A DNA stretch of 56,542 nucleotides, the filler included, from Dugesia japonica (taxonomy: Eukaryota): assembly GCA_001938525.1 (NCBI GenBank). It is 4 parts of 4 records of this genome, joined end to end, with 100 filler letters (N's around TTAATTAATTAA, not from the genome) between each part and the next. Parts side by side here need not be neighbours in the genome. Positions count along the whole stretch, not along the records: positions 1 to 17,292 come from MQRL01528873.1; positions 17,393 to 26,877 come from MQRL01619446.1; 2 more parts are not named here. One strand, written 5' to 3'. The notes below the pieces were generated by a model that searched no databases, was not told the DNA's origin, and saw nothing but the letters and a program-made list of their open reading frames with translations. Made by a program: the position numbers and the translations under genes. Positions 14,371 through 26,977 of the stretch are shown piece after piece. The stretch's first letter is position 1, and each line of letters starts with the position of its first letter.

Positions 14371-15699
14371 GTAATAATTTATATTAATTTGATAACAAAA
14401 ATTAACTCAATACATGTATTACGTCAGTACACATATATTTATATTTTAGTACAAATATATCTGCGTGAGTATATATGTTAGTTTATTTCAATAAATCTAA
14501 AAACTTTTCCAAATTATTCCGCGTTGTATATATGTTTAATAAACTCTAAAAATAACAATGTCTTTAAACATGTCTTATTCAATTGTTTTTGACAAATTCT
14601 TTCAAAAATTTACAAAACAATAAAAACTGTCAAAAAAAAAACAGTTTCAAAAAAAATTCCAAATAAAATTTCAAAATAAAATTTAATTGATGACAATAAA
14701 GTGTTTGTTAAAATAAATTGAAATATATTTGCTTTTGGAAAGAACAATAACTTCTATTGGATATATCGATATATCCAGTCTAAATATTAATTCAGAGGAA
14801 TACCCATGAATTTAGTGATCTAATGAAATTATACATTTTAAACAGTTTTGAAGTATAAAATTCGCTTGCAAAATGAATTTTGATTTTATAATCTTCTTAT
14901 TTATCTCTAGAAATCTCAATCTAATTAGTTTTAATTGGGTTTTGATAATTTTTCTTCAACAGTAACCTCATCAAGAGAGCCATAATTAACTTAGTTTTAA
15001 GTATTGTTTATATAAATTATTACTGATAACAATTTTCTAAAGAAGGCCAATACTTTTTAATCATGAAAGTAATTTCAAAATATTACCTAATTTTTAAAGA
15101 TTCGTTATCACATTAATAAAATCAACTATGAATACAATACTTGAATCCCGTAAAAATTGCGTCAATCCTGGGATTGTATACACCAATACTACGTTTACAT
15201 TCAAAATATAATTAATAATTTTACATATAAAATAGTAACTTTCTGACATTTGATAATAAAATTTAAATAAAAAGTTTCAAACGTCATTTAAAAAGATTTT
15301 TTACAACATGTTTTACAAGATAATAGTTTTACATAAATGTTTAAATATTAAAAATATTAAATATTAAAAATATTTAAATATTTAAATATAAATTTTAAAT
15401 AAATATTTTACATCATAATCTCTTAAACAAAATTAATTAAATTAATGAATTAATTTAAAACACTCAATAAAAACTCAATTTAATATTTATGACCAAAATC
15501 ATGGATAACGATAAGCAAATTGCAGTTCAATTCACAAATCCCAAAAAAGAAATCAGAAAAAACCTTTAATAATATTTTAAAGTTATACTATTATCTATAA
15601 GATAATTGATAAGATAAATTCTAAAAATAATGAGAAAACTAACTATCTTGCTATATTTCCAAGGTTAGGTCAAAAGCTTTATAGTAATACTAAATTATG

Positions 15700-15795
15700 G
15701 GTTCTAAGAAAATTTCCCCCTAGAAAATATCAACCCCCCTGAACAATATCCCCCTAGGACAATATCCCCCTGGAAAATATGCCCCTGGACAATTA
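15700..15795 (+). mobile_element. Single terminus of a MULE/Phantom-like DNA transposon with tandem subterminal repeats
   Basis: Begins GGTTCTAAGA, like the GGTTCTATGA terminus at 48263, followed by ~5 copies of GGA(C/A)AATATCCCCCT. No partner end is visible before the contig spacer. Confidence 0.55.
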
Positions 15796-17106
15796 TTTAA
15801 TTATATTATTTCTTTTTAATTCCAAGTAATAGTTATCTAAGCAAATTTTAAAAGTTAAATGAGTCTTGGACAATTTCCCGCGGAAGAAATAATTAAAATT
15901 TTGAGGAAAGTGAAATATTTTTTTCTTTTCAATTTCAATTAATTAATTAATTAGTAAAGTAAAATATTTTAAATATTATACAATAAAATATATAATCAAA
16001 TAAAATAGATTGCAGCCTATGACAACTCAATAATACTAGTTTACCAACTGTTGGTTTTTGAAATCTTTTTCAATTTGTTAACTTATTTGACGATCTTTTT
16101 CGTTAACATTAACACTAAAATCAATTTCTACTTTATGTTAATTTTTATCCTCACTAGAAGTTCCTTTTATCGAGGACTTGTTACTAGTTTATGCTCAATT
16201 ATCATATCCTTGTACTTTAAAACCAAGGATTTTATGATAAAATGATTCATAATGAAAAGCTAAGCTCTGAAGTTCAATAATTATTCCATAATTTATTAAT
16301 TTTTCGTTTTCAATTTTACCACCAATTAGAAAGTAATTATATTTTTCTGTTTTGTTTAAAATTATATTATAACAAGGAAACTATAATAATTGAAATTCAT
16401 AATTATAAGGATTTCCACTTAAATCTATAGTAGTTGGAAATATTACTTTCAAATTCACTGAAATTATTTTGTGCTAAAATACTAGCTGACAACTTTGATC
16501 GATTTCTGATCGCTTTTTGAAATGATCTCCATTTTAAAAAGTAATTCATAACTTGTTTATTAGTATATAAATTTTTGAAATATGCTTTTTTTATTTGTTG
16601 ATCCATTTGTAACATTACTTATTTAACTAGATTTTCATATTCTTTCACTATCTCATTTAGTTTCACTAATTACATGATATAAACAAAGTTTGTCCTAATA
16701 AAATTTTGAAAATTCTTTATAAATCATTATAATGTCTAATATTTTTAATATTTTTCTCTAGAAATTTTTAATTAGTTATTCATCATAGCAATTCTATTTT
16801 CATTTTCTTTTTCATTATTGCAAATTTTTCAAAGTTTATTTTTAATCACTGTTTTTACTGTATTTTATTTTACTGTACATTTTACTTTTTACTGTGTAGT
16901 TTATCAAACAATTTACATTTCAAACAATACCTTTCAGTTTATTTTTCATGATTTTCATCATATTTTTAGTGAATTTTCTTAGCAATTTTCGTGATTTTAA
17001 AAATGTATCTTTAAGGAGACTTCTTAGCAAGGCATGGGTTATGGTTTACTTGTGTCCTTGGTACACCGATTTTATAATTATTAATGATGATGATAATAAT
17101 AATTAA

Positions 17107-17163
<57 letters not shown>

Positions 17164-17213
17164 NNNNNNNNNNNNNNNNNNNNNNNNNNNNNNNNNNNNN
17201 NNNNNNNNNNNNN

Positions 17214-17269
<56 letters not shown>

Positions 17270-17292
17270 TATAATAATAAGAATAATCATAA

Positions 17293-17392
17293 NNNNNNNN
17301 NNNNNNNNNNNNNNNNNNNNNNNNNNNNNNNNNNNNTTAATTAATTAANNNNNNNNNNNNNNNNNNNNNNNNNNNNNNNNNNNNNNNNNNNN
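17293..17392. other. Artificial contig spacer
   Basis: Exactly 44 N + TTAATTAATTAA (stops in all six frames) + 44 N. Confidence 0.97.
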
Positions 17393-17848
17393 CTTTGACA
17401 TTAGTGATAGGCCCATTCTTAATTTAGCTTTCAAAACATTTGCTAAAAATCAATCAAAATCGAGGTTTTTCGTTCAATATAGGCTAAAAACAAGCCTTTT
17501 CCAAAAATAAATTTTTCAAATTTCTGAGGCTTAAAAAATTTTTCAAATTTTTACAAGTCCTAAAATCATCAAAAATAGACTTTTTCAACGATTCTGAGTA
17601 AAAAAATTGGAGAAATCTCAAAAATTTATTAATATATAAAAAGTGATTTTTTAGTGATTCTAAGAAAAACATTTATAAAAAAAATTATTAAAAAAAGAGT
17701 CATGCAAATCAAATTAATATAAGAATAAAAGTTTAAGAAATTATAGATAAAAATATAATTAGATATTCTAAATTCTATTATCTATCTAAAAACATGATGA
17801 TTTCTTCACCAGTTGTTTTACAGAAGATTATCAATATATTAATCTTTA

Positions 17849-18160
17849 TTGGATTATTTTAAAACAAGAATAGGAACAATTTATAAAGAAACATTTGAAT
17901 ATTTAGGTTTTGTTAGACAATCAATAGTATTTGATTTTAAATGCGATAGAATGAAATTGGAATTAGAATTAAAATATTCTATTTCCACAAATAGTTGGGA
18001 TTTATACAAAAATTTTTATAGAAAATTACATAAATTTAAAATTTTATATCCCGATAATCAAGTTATTTATGGGTGTTTAAAATATAATAAACCAAAACAA
18101 TTTAAAGATAAAAATGATATTTGCACAATAACTAGTGAATATTTATGGAACAGACTACTC
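17849..18160 (+). pseudogene. PD-(D/E)xK restriction-endonuclease-like ORF (Eco47II-like pattern); N-terminus frameshifted
   Basis: RIGTIYKE...FDFKCDRMKLELELKYSISTNS...KLHKFKILYPDNQVIYGCL has the D...ExK...T/N layout of type II REase-like folds. Pattern recognition only. Confidence 0.5.
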
Positions 18161-21137
18161 CATTTCATTGTAGTATATGTAATAGATATTTTAAAAATAT
18201 TCAAGGTCTTAGAGGTCATNNNNNNNNNNNNNNNNNNNNNNNNNNNNNNNNNNNNNNNNNNNNNNNNNNNNNNNNNNNNNNNNCAGTTTACCCAAATAAT
18301 AATTTACAACCAATTAATCAAAATAATAATATTCCTCAAATACCTTGTGAAATTTGTATTAGATTTTTCAAAGTCAAACTGGATTTCAATCACATTTAAG
18401 AAGTAGAAGTCATTTAAGACGATTAAGAGAAATTGAAAATTATCAAAAATATAAATATTTATCAAATAATCAAGAATTAATTAATTTTTTAATTAATTAT
18501 GGTTTTCNAAGATTTAATATGTTTAATAGACAAGAATTAGTACCTATAACTAAGAGATTTGAATAAAATAATAATAGAAAAAAAATTCCATTAGATTATT
18601 TTAAAATATTTAATCAATTATTAACTAGATATTACTTCACAAACTTTAATTCATTCAAAATGAAAATTAATTTAGTTTGTATATATTTAAAGACTGATCA
18701 AACATTAGTTGATTACGGTATTTCACATCCAGCTAAAGTAGTAACAACAATTCAAGACATCGAAAACAATTTACAAGAAATATATAATTACTTTAAAACA
18801 AAGATGGATGATGAAGGAAGAGGAAGTGGATTAAATATTTCTAGTTTAACTGAAATATCTTTAACAATTATTGAATATAGAACACATTTAGCTATATCTT
18901 ATATTCCTTTACTTTTTACTACTGATTATATATTAAATATTACGAATAAAGATAATAACTTTTGTTTTGTTTTATCAATTTTAGCTTCATTNNNNNNNNN
19001 NNNNNNNNNNNNNNNNNNNNNNNNNNNNNNTTATAGATATACAAATGAATTAAATTTAAATAGTATTTCTTATTCTTTATCTTTGAAAGATATTAAATTA
19101 TTTAATTTATTAAATTCTTCAATAAAAGTAAATGCATTTGAAATAGACTATTATAAATCTATTAAACAAATTCATATTGAACATCTTTATTGGAAACCTA
19201 TTACAATAAATAATATTCATTACACTAATTTATTTCTATATACAGATAATAATTCAAGTCATTACGTTTTATGTAAAGATGTTTCTATATTTCTAAAACA
19301 TTCAGATAAAAATAAAGCATGTCCATGTTTAAATTGTTTATGTTCATTTAGAACAATGAATGAATTACAAAATCATTATTTTTTAGGTTGTATTGAAATA
19401 AACCAGCTGAAAATTCATTTCCTAGTATAAATATTTTAGAATTTAATATATATCAATATAAAAATAAAGTTTCATTTACAATTTACCTTGAGTCTGAAGC
19501 ATATAACAAAGTAAATCAAGAATCCACAATTAATATTTTACTCAAGCAAGAAATAATGTGTTTTAGAATATATATTAAATAAAATTATACAAATTTATAT
19601 GAATCTAAATATATAAAATACTTTGGAGAAGATGCAGCAACTAAATTTGTTAAATATTTTGAAGAATTAGAATGAATATTCAATAGAAATTTAGGAACAA
19701 ATTATAATATTGAAATGACTACCGAAGATCAAATAAACTATGATAATTCAACATATTGCTTTAATTGTAAAAGAAAATTTGAATCAGAACCAAAACAATT
19801 CGCTATATTTAAGAAACAAAAGACATACATATACAAATCATAAAGATATCACGATCATTTAAATGGAAAAAATAGAGGTGCAGCTCACAATGAGTATAAT
19901 TTAAATGTAAAGAAATGCAAGTTTGTTCCTATGTATTTTTATAATGGTTCAACATATGATATTCATTTAATATTTAAAGAATTATTTAAATCTGAATATT
20001 TAATATCTAAGCAAATTAAACCATTAACTAAAACTGACGAAGAACGCATTTCATTACAAATCGGTTCTATTAGAATTCTAGATTCTGTTTGATATTTTAC
20101 ACCCTTTAGTTTATAATTTATGGGTTTAACATTAATAGAAGCAAATTTTAAAATATTAAGAGAACATAATTTAAAAAATATGAAAGTAATCTATCCTTAT
20201 GAATATTTTAAATACAACAATAGTTTTAATGATGTAATAAATATAATGAATAAAACGCAATTACCTTCATATGAACATTTCTATTTAAGATTAAAATAGT
20301 CAAATATAAAACCTGAAGATTATGTAAAAGCACAACAAAATAAGAATGAATTACAATGTAGAAATGTGTATGATTTTACAATGAAGTATTTAAATATAGA
20401 TGTTTTATTATTANCTGATTTATTTGAAAATCTTAGAAATGTATGTTTAAATGATTACGGAATAGATACTTGTTATTGTTATTCAACACCTGGATTAAAA
20501 TGGTTAGCAGGTTTAAAATATACAAAAGTAAAATTAAAACATTATGAAGAAGATACATATGAAAAAGTAGTAGAGGCAGTGTAAGTTTTGTATTAGGTAA
20601 TAGTAAAGCAACATGTAATAATAGACATACGAATAAATCAATTAAATTTATGAATAATAAAATTAATCAAACACCTGAATTACATTTATTATATAAACCA
20701 TATTTAAAAGAGAATTATTTATTATATTATTATGATGCAAATTCTTTATATTCATCTGCAATGGTACAAAAACTACCAATGGAATGGAGTAATGATTTAA
20801 CTTATCAGAGAACATTATTAAATGAACATGATATAAATAATAATGTATTTAAATATAATTATGGTTATACTTATGATGTAGATTTAGAATATTCAAATAA
20901 TATTAAAGATGCAACAAAGTATTATCCATATTTTTCCTGAGAAATGTAAACCAAATGAACAAGAATTTAGTCAATATCCAAATATGTTTAAACCTAATAA
21001 ATATAAATCTAATGAAAAATTAATATTAAATNAAAATGATAAATTTCGTTATGTAATCGAAGGAAGAATGTCAAATTGATATGTAGATCACGGAATTAAA
21101 ATAATTCAAATACATAGAAAATTAATGTATTTTAAAT
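18145..21137 (+). pseudogene. Polinton/Maverick-type protein-primed DNA polymerase B, 5' part
   Basis: N-terminal C2H2 fingers (CSICNRYFKNIQGLRGH), NNFCFVLSILA, HYVLCKD...CLNCL, EndoVII-like YHDHLNGKNRGAAHNEYNL, Exo motifs PMYFYNGSTYDIH and DVLLLxDLFENLR, IYPYEYF, Pol motif A YYDANSLYSSAM. Many stops and frameshifts. Confidence 0.9.
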
Positions 21138-21238
21138 AGTTGGAAATAAATGTGACCTTAAAGTTTTGTTTGTATATTAAAGTGTAAATAATAAATATAT
21201 TTTCAAATTTCACGATGTCCGTTATTACTGATTTAACT
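21138..21238 (+). repeat. 5' LTR (101 bp, AGTT...AACT)
   Basis: Matches 25084-25184 with 6 mismatches in 101 bp (manual count). Confidence 0.97.
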
Positions 21239-21252
21239 GGCGATCACTGCCA
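21238..21252 (+). promoter_or_regulatory. Primer-binding site, probably tRNA-Arg
   Basis: TGGCGATCACTGCCA overlaps the last T of the LTR and resembles the TGGCGA(C/T)C... Arg-tRNA PBS class. Confidence 0.75.
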
Positions 21253-24200
21253 TGTCAATTCAATAAAAAGAAACCAAGCAGCAGAAGCAAAAAGAATTTA
21301 CTAAGCTTTACCTAAAGAATCGCGAGAACTGTTATTTCCAAGAATAACAAAATTCTCAGGAAATTATGATGAAGATCTAATTGCGTGATTGAAAGGAATT
21401 GAAACGTTCTCAGCCACAAATAACTTCTACCTCATGTCAACGTTTGACATTTTATTAGATGGCGACGCTAACAATTTATGGCTAGCTTGCAAATCACGAA
21501 CCAAAATGGACGNNNNNNNNNNNNNAGATTGATTCAAATTAAAGTTCATCCAAGATAAATCCTTTTTACGAATTACTGAAGATTTCAGTATAATCACTCA
21601 AAAGACTGATGAAAGATATGAAAATTTGGAATTACGAGTTATAAGAGCACTGAAAGAAATATTCGAACCAGGATTATCAATGGAAAAAATTGTGAAGCAA
21701 GTAATTCAAAAAAGAATAAAATCTCTAGATTTAAAATAAGCCTTTGTCCTGAAACCAGATTTGAATGCTGATGATATGCAACAGTTAGCTGAAAATTATG
21801 AAAAAAACGATGACATTGAAGAAAAGTCATAAGTCAATAAATTATCATATTCTGATGTGGCAGCAGCTAATTACTGTCCAATGTTGAAGAGAATGGATAC
21901 ATAAAAATTAACGGTTGGAATTACATGATAATTCCGGATAGGTCAATGGCATCAAAGCCAGCTCTATATGAACTATTTATGAACTATTTAAACAAGAAAA
22001 ACTTCACTGTTCCAATTTCGTCTGTGAAGTCAAGACAGTAAGAACAAATCAAAATCAAAATTTAAACGTAGAAGATGAGATGTATTTAAAGAGCGATGGA
22101 AGAACTTGAAGCGTGATTAAAGTGAATAGTAGAGGTGTAGAAATGTTATGGGATACAGGAGCATCAATTTCAGTAATGTATATGAATGCTTGGAAAAGCT
22201 GTGGTTCGTTTTCAGTGAAAAATTTAGAGATAAAATTGAATGGAGCACTTTNNNNNNNNNNNNNNNNNNNNNNNNNNNNNNNNNNNNNNNNNNNNNNNNN
22301 NNNNNNNNNNNNNNNNNNNNCAGAGTATAAGCCCAGAGTTCATTGGTGGAATAGACATGTTCAAAGTTTTTAATATTCAATTAAAAATGATTGGGTTAAT
22401 CGAGTCAGATAATGCAATGTGTGATGTTTCTGATGAGAATCGTTTAAGAGTCACTATGGACGTTTTCAAACCAAGAGATGACACCTTTAAAAAATTGTTA
22501 ACGCGTTTCGCCTCGATATTCATGGTGAATACTTTTGAACTGGGTAAAACACAATTAGTTAAACATTCTATCCAAACAACGGGGAATACTGTCTTACAAC
22601 AGCCAAGACGACTACTCATGCATCTAGAAGGCAAGATTGATGAGATAATTGAAACACTTGTCAAAAGCGGTATTATCTAAAAATGCAGTAGCCAGTGGAA
22701 CTCACTTATGATGATTGTTAACAAAAAGAATGAAAATATTCGTATGTGTCATGATTTCAAATTACTAAATGAAGCAACTCATAAATTTTCGTTTCCTATG
22801 CTAGATCGTCAGATGTTATTCGATTATCTTAGTGAGTGTACCATATTCTCAACAATAGATATAAACCAAGCGTATTATCAAGTCGAACTAGAAGAGAAGG
22901 AAAAAATTAAAACCGCTTTTTTTACTAAAAAAGGCCAGTACTGCTATAATCACATTCCATTTGGCCCTATCAACCGCTCCGGCTACGTTTAAAAAATTAA
23001 TGCATACAATTTTTTCAGATATTCTTTTTAAAGTCGTAGTTTATATCAATAATTTTCTAATCTTTGCGAAAAATTGGAAGGATCACGATCGCATTTTATC
23101 AGAAGTATTTCAAAGAATTTAAGCATCTGGTCTTAAAGTAAATCCAGCCAAATGCAAACTGTATCAAGAAGAGCTCGTGTTTTTGGGTCATACAATAAAT
23201 AAATTTAGATTAAAACCAAATTCGGAAAAAGTCAAGGAGATTATTAATGCAGTAATTCAAAAATGTACTAAAAATTTGAGATCTTTTCTTGGAATAACCA
23301 ACTATAAAAAATTTTTCGCAACTTAATACACCTTTATTTGCTGCTACCAAAGGTCAAAAGCACGAGATAATCTGGAAAAAATGCGAGACAAGTTTCAGAA
23401 AAATCAAGGAAGCTCTTTGTAATTCTCCAGTATTAGGGTATCCTAATTATGAAGATCAATTTATTCTGGATACTGTTGTCAGTTTTTCGAGATTTGGTGC
23501 TGTACTAAGGCAATCACAAAAAGGTATGGAAGTCCTTATAGCAAATGGATCATGGTTGCTGAACGCACATGAAAAAGAATATTGTGTGAACAGGTAGGAG
23601 TTATTGGCTCTTTATGAATTTATTCAACATTTTTGGCATTATCTTTATGGGGAAGGTTTTATCGCGAAAGCATATCACAAAGCTTTAGAGTTTGTAAAGA
23701 ATTCAAAAGAACCAATTACGCTGCAGTTTCAGACTTGGATGAACGAGTTATCAGAATATATTTTCGTATTGAAGTACAGAAAATAGGGAACATCATTCCA
23801 ATGCTGCTGTTATGCCAAGACTGATGTCTAGTTATTGTTCACAATGTCAAACTAAACATGAAAATGCCAAGTCTAAATCGTCTAAGGTAAAATATTTAAA
23901 TGTTATGAACGTTTTCAGAAGTGATTTGCACAATTACATAAAAGAATTTAAAGACGAATTATTTAAGGAAATCAAGATTCATTTGATGAACATATCTATT
24001 AAATTATCAGAAACTATAAAAACATCCCAGTATTTTAAATATTTAGGTTTTTAATTGCAGACGATATGTTGTTAATTGAGTCAGACAATGAGCAAAAGAT
24101 CGAGGTTCCTAAAAAATGAGTAACTAATTTTGTGAACAAAATTCACAGAGATTCATGCCATTTTGGAATAAAGAAAACAACAAAATTTGTATCTAATTAT

Positions 24201-25063
24201 TTCTTCTGGCCAAATATGATTACTGATATTCAGAATGCTATCAGAGAATGTCATTTTTTTATGCACAGGTAGGTTAGTAGTGAGGAAGTTAAGGAAAAAT
24301 AAATACCAAGATACGCAGCTTGGTATAAATTTTGTATCCAATTTTTGTATCCAACAAACAAATACATGATAATCATAATTTATCAGTTCAGTAAGTTAGT
24401 TAGTCTTTATGCAACCACAAATCAAAACNAAAACACGATCAAAAGTGCATTGTTAAATAACTGGAAAAACAAAATATGGAAAACCTAAACGTATTGTTTC
24501 TGATCGAATAAGAGGGTTTGAAAGAAAGGTTTTACAAGAGTTTGCTTTAAAATTTCATATTTCGTAAATATTTACATCTCCCATAAGCATAAGTCAAATG
24601 ATTTAGCAGAACGCGCAATTAGAACTGTCAGAGATATGATAGTAACATCCTTGAAATCTGTAGGAGAGGAGAAGTGTTGAGATGAAATCCTTCCAAAAGT
24701 TGAGTTTTCATTTAATTGCGCGATATCAATGGCGACAAGATTCTCTCCAATGGAAGTTATCTATAAAGGAAAGTTAATATTCATTCAACGAAAGAATTNN
24801 NNNNNNNNNNNNNNNNNNNNNNNNNNNNNNNNNNNNNNNNNNNNNNNNNNNNNNNNNNNAAAATGATGAATCAAGAAGAAAACCGAGTTGAAAGGGAATT
24901 TAAAGTTTAAGATAAAGTTCTGGTGAAGAGATATCCGACAAAACGAAAGAAAAGCGATTATATATATGATGGGCCTTTCAAAATTATGGAATTCCTATCA
25001 GTAAGATTGCAGAATTTGGAAGGTTCGACATACAGACGTAAAGAATTGCTGAAAAAGTGTTAA
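21252..25063 (+). pseudogene. gag-pol of the compact gypsy element (disrupted)
   Basis: Gag TKFSGNYDED; protease MLWDTGASISV; RT IRMCHDFKLLN, FSTIDINQAYYQV and IPFG; RNase H RELLALYEFIQHF; integrase SNDLAERAIRTV and YDGPFKI. Confidence 0.93.
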
Positions 25064-25069
25064 AAATCT

Positions 25070-25083
25070 GAAAGAGACGGAGA
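25070..25083 (+). promoter_or_regulatory. Polypurine tract
   Basis: GAAAGAGACGGAGA directly precedes the 3' LTR. Confidence 0.85.
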
Positions 25084-25184
25084 AGTTGGAAATAAATATG
25101 ACCTTGAAGTTTTGTTTGTATATTAAAGTGTAAATAATAAATATATTTTAAAATTTCACGATGTCTACTATTACTGATTTAACT
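25084..25184 (+). repeat. 3' LTR (101 bp)
   Basis: Direct repeat of 21138-21238, followed by TSD TAAAT. Confidence 0.97.
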
Positions 25185-25189
25185 TAAAT

Positions 25190-25367
25190 TTAATTGGTTA
25201 AAATATTATATAAATTTTACCATTGCAAAAAGAAAAGGAAAAACAACAAGTTATCTAAGTTAATAATGTATCAATTTATATATGACTGTATTAATCAACG
25301 TATAAAGGATTGGAAAATACATTATACAGATACAGATTTTATGTTTTTAGATTGTATGTCTAAATAA
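25190..25367 (+). pseudogene. pPolB 3' part (internally deleted)
   Basis: Continues the frame from 21137 (...IHRKLMYFK|FNWLKYYINFTIAKRK), then LSKLIMYQFIYD and motif C KIHYTDTDF. Motif B is missing. Confidence 0.88.
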
Positions 25368-25549
25368 ATGTCTTTCACCAGGATATTTTTCAAAAGTAAA
25401 TGGCTTTAATAATAATGAAGTAATTTTAGAAGATTGAATATCTTCACTAGTTTTTTCCCACGTGAAATAATTAGTTAAATTATTATTTACTGGCTTATCT
25501 ATTAGTCTATTTGTTTATTTTATAATTATTTTTATGATAAGCGAATTAA

Positions 25550-25640
25550 GATTTCTAATATGTTCATCTGTTCTTTCAAGTCTAGCTTTATGTTTACGTA
25601 AATTAGAAGAATTACATACATTGCAGTACCAATTTAAGTC
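25550..25640 (-). pseudogene. Zinc-finger-like remnant, probably a Polinton accessory ORF
   Basis: Reverse strand reads WYCNVCNSSNLRKHKARLERTDEHIRN. Confidence 0.4.
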
Positions 25641-25964
25641 ATTTATTTTTATTTGTTTGTTTATTTATTCATTTATAAAATATATGCGTCTTCTCTAACT
25701 TTTCTTTTATACCTATTTTACCTCCGTTAAATCTCATTTCAATTTTCTATTCTTCAAGAATTTAACCGTATAATTTAGCTTTGAAACATGTATCTTTTGT
25801 ATAATGTAAANNNNNNNNNNNNNNNNNNNNNNNNNNNNNNNNNNNNNNNNNNNNNNNNNNNNNNNNNNNNNNNNNNNNNNNNNNNNNNNNNNNNNNNNNN
25901 NNNNNNNNNNNNNNNNNNNNNNNNNNNNNNNNNNNNNNNNNNNNNNNNNNNATTAGTCCCTGAT

Positions 25965-26225
25965 CTAGTATACTTCTTTCTCATTGGCTGAAATAATTCA
26001 AGGTCAAATTCTCAAGGTTAGTTTTCTAGTATACTTCATTTTCATTGGCTGAAATAATTCAAGGTCGAATTCTCAAGATCAAATTGATCCAGTATACTAA
26101 ATTTTTAATGTCAGTTATCTAGTCTTATCAATTTTGATTAGCGGATTATTTCAAGGTCGAATTCCTATGATCAAATTTTCTGCCCAGTTTTTCCCGCGTA
26201 GAATTTATAATTAAATTTCCGGCGC
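25965..26225 (+). promoter_or_regulatory. ~61-bp tandem repeats with CCAAT boxes, TCAAGGTCA-like sites and E2F-like sites
   Basis: Two CTAGTATACTTC...CATTGGCTGAAATAATTCAAGGTC units plus a degenerate third; TTTTCCCGCG at ~26189 and TTTCCGGCGC at 26216. The repeat is certain; the regulatory role is inferred. Confidence 0.5.
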
Positions 26226-26877
26226 AAAATTAATAATAATATATATTTTTTTCTAAATATTTATTTTTTTTAAAAAAAAACCAATTATTTTTCCAAAATA
26301 AGATAGGATTATCTCATAAATCTGTAGCGTAAAATAATTCCATCCCTATGAAAATCGCAATTAAAGTTCAAAGTTTGTAAATTGAGCATATTAAATGTAT
26401 TAATAGGTATATGAATTAAGTTTTTCAAGAACATATAGTAAATACTTTGAAATAATTACATGACTTCTGGTAACCTTTATTAAAATTTATGTATTTTTAA
26501 AAGAATTGTTTAATAAGCTCATATAAAAGCTCATGATTACTCTAAAAAACCTATGATTATATTATAAAACACATATAATCACCATATTAAACTCTATAAA
26601 AGCATAATAAGAATAAATAAAACCTATAGGGTTTTATATACTCTATATATATATATATATATATAAGTAATAGATAAACAATGTAAATTCCCCCAGGGTT
26701 TTTTTTACCCTTGGGAAAATGGTTTTTTTTAAAAAATAATCGAAATATAACATAATATAACACAATATAGCAATAAATATAGTATAATATAACAAAATAT
26801 AACAATAAATGTTAGTGTAAAAAATATAACAAATAAAATATAGCATTAAATTTAACACAATATAGCAAAATATAACA

Positions 26878-26977
26878 NNNNNNNNNNNNNNNNNNNNNNN
26901 NNNNNNNNNNNNNNNNNNNNNTTAATTAATTAANNNNNNNNNNNNNNNNNNNNNNNNNNNNNNNNNNNNNNNNNNNN
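26878..26977. other. Artificial contig spacer
   Basis: 44 N + TTAATTAATTAA + 44 N. Confidence 0.97.

Larger units (their letters stand above)
21138..25184 (+). mobile_element. Complete compact Ty3/gypsy LTR retrotransposon (4047 bp) inserted in the pPolB gene
   Basis: Paired 101-bp LTRs, TSD TAAAT (21133-21137 and 25185-25189), PBS, PPT, order gag-PR-RT-RH-IN. Confidence 0.97.

Noticed and set aside
17081-17344. Poly-Ile/Asn/Tyr ORFs and ORFs running through N gaps (also 245, 1668, 5590, 10083-10345, 12125, 25775, 48531)
   Set aside because: Artefacts of (AAT)n tracts and unknown bases.
17337-17348. Recurrent TTAATTAATTAA palindrome as a biological site
   Set aside because: It is always centred in exactly 44+44 Ns, so it is an assembly linker.
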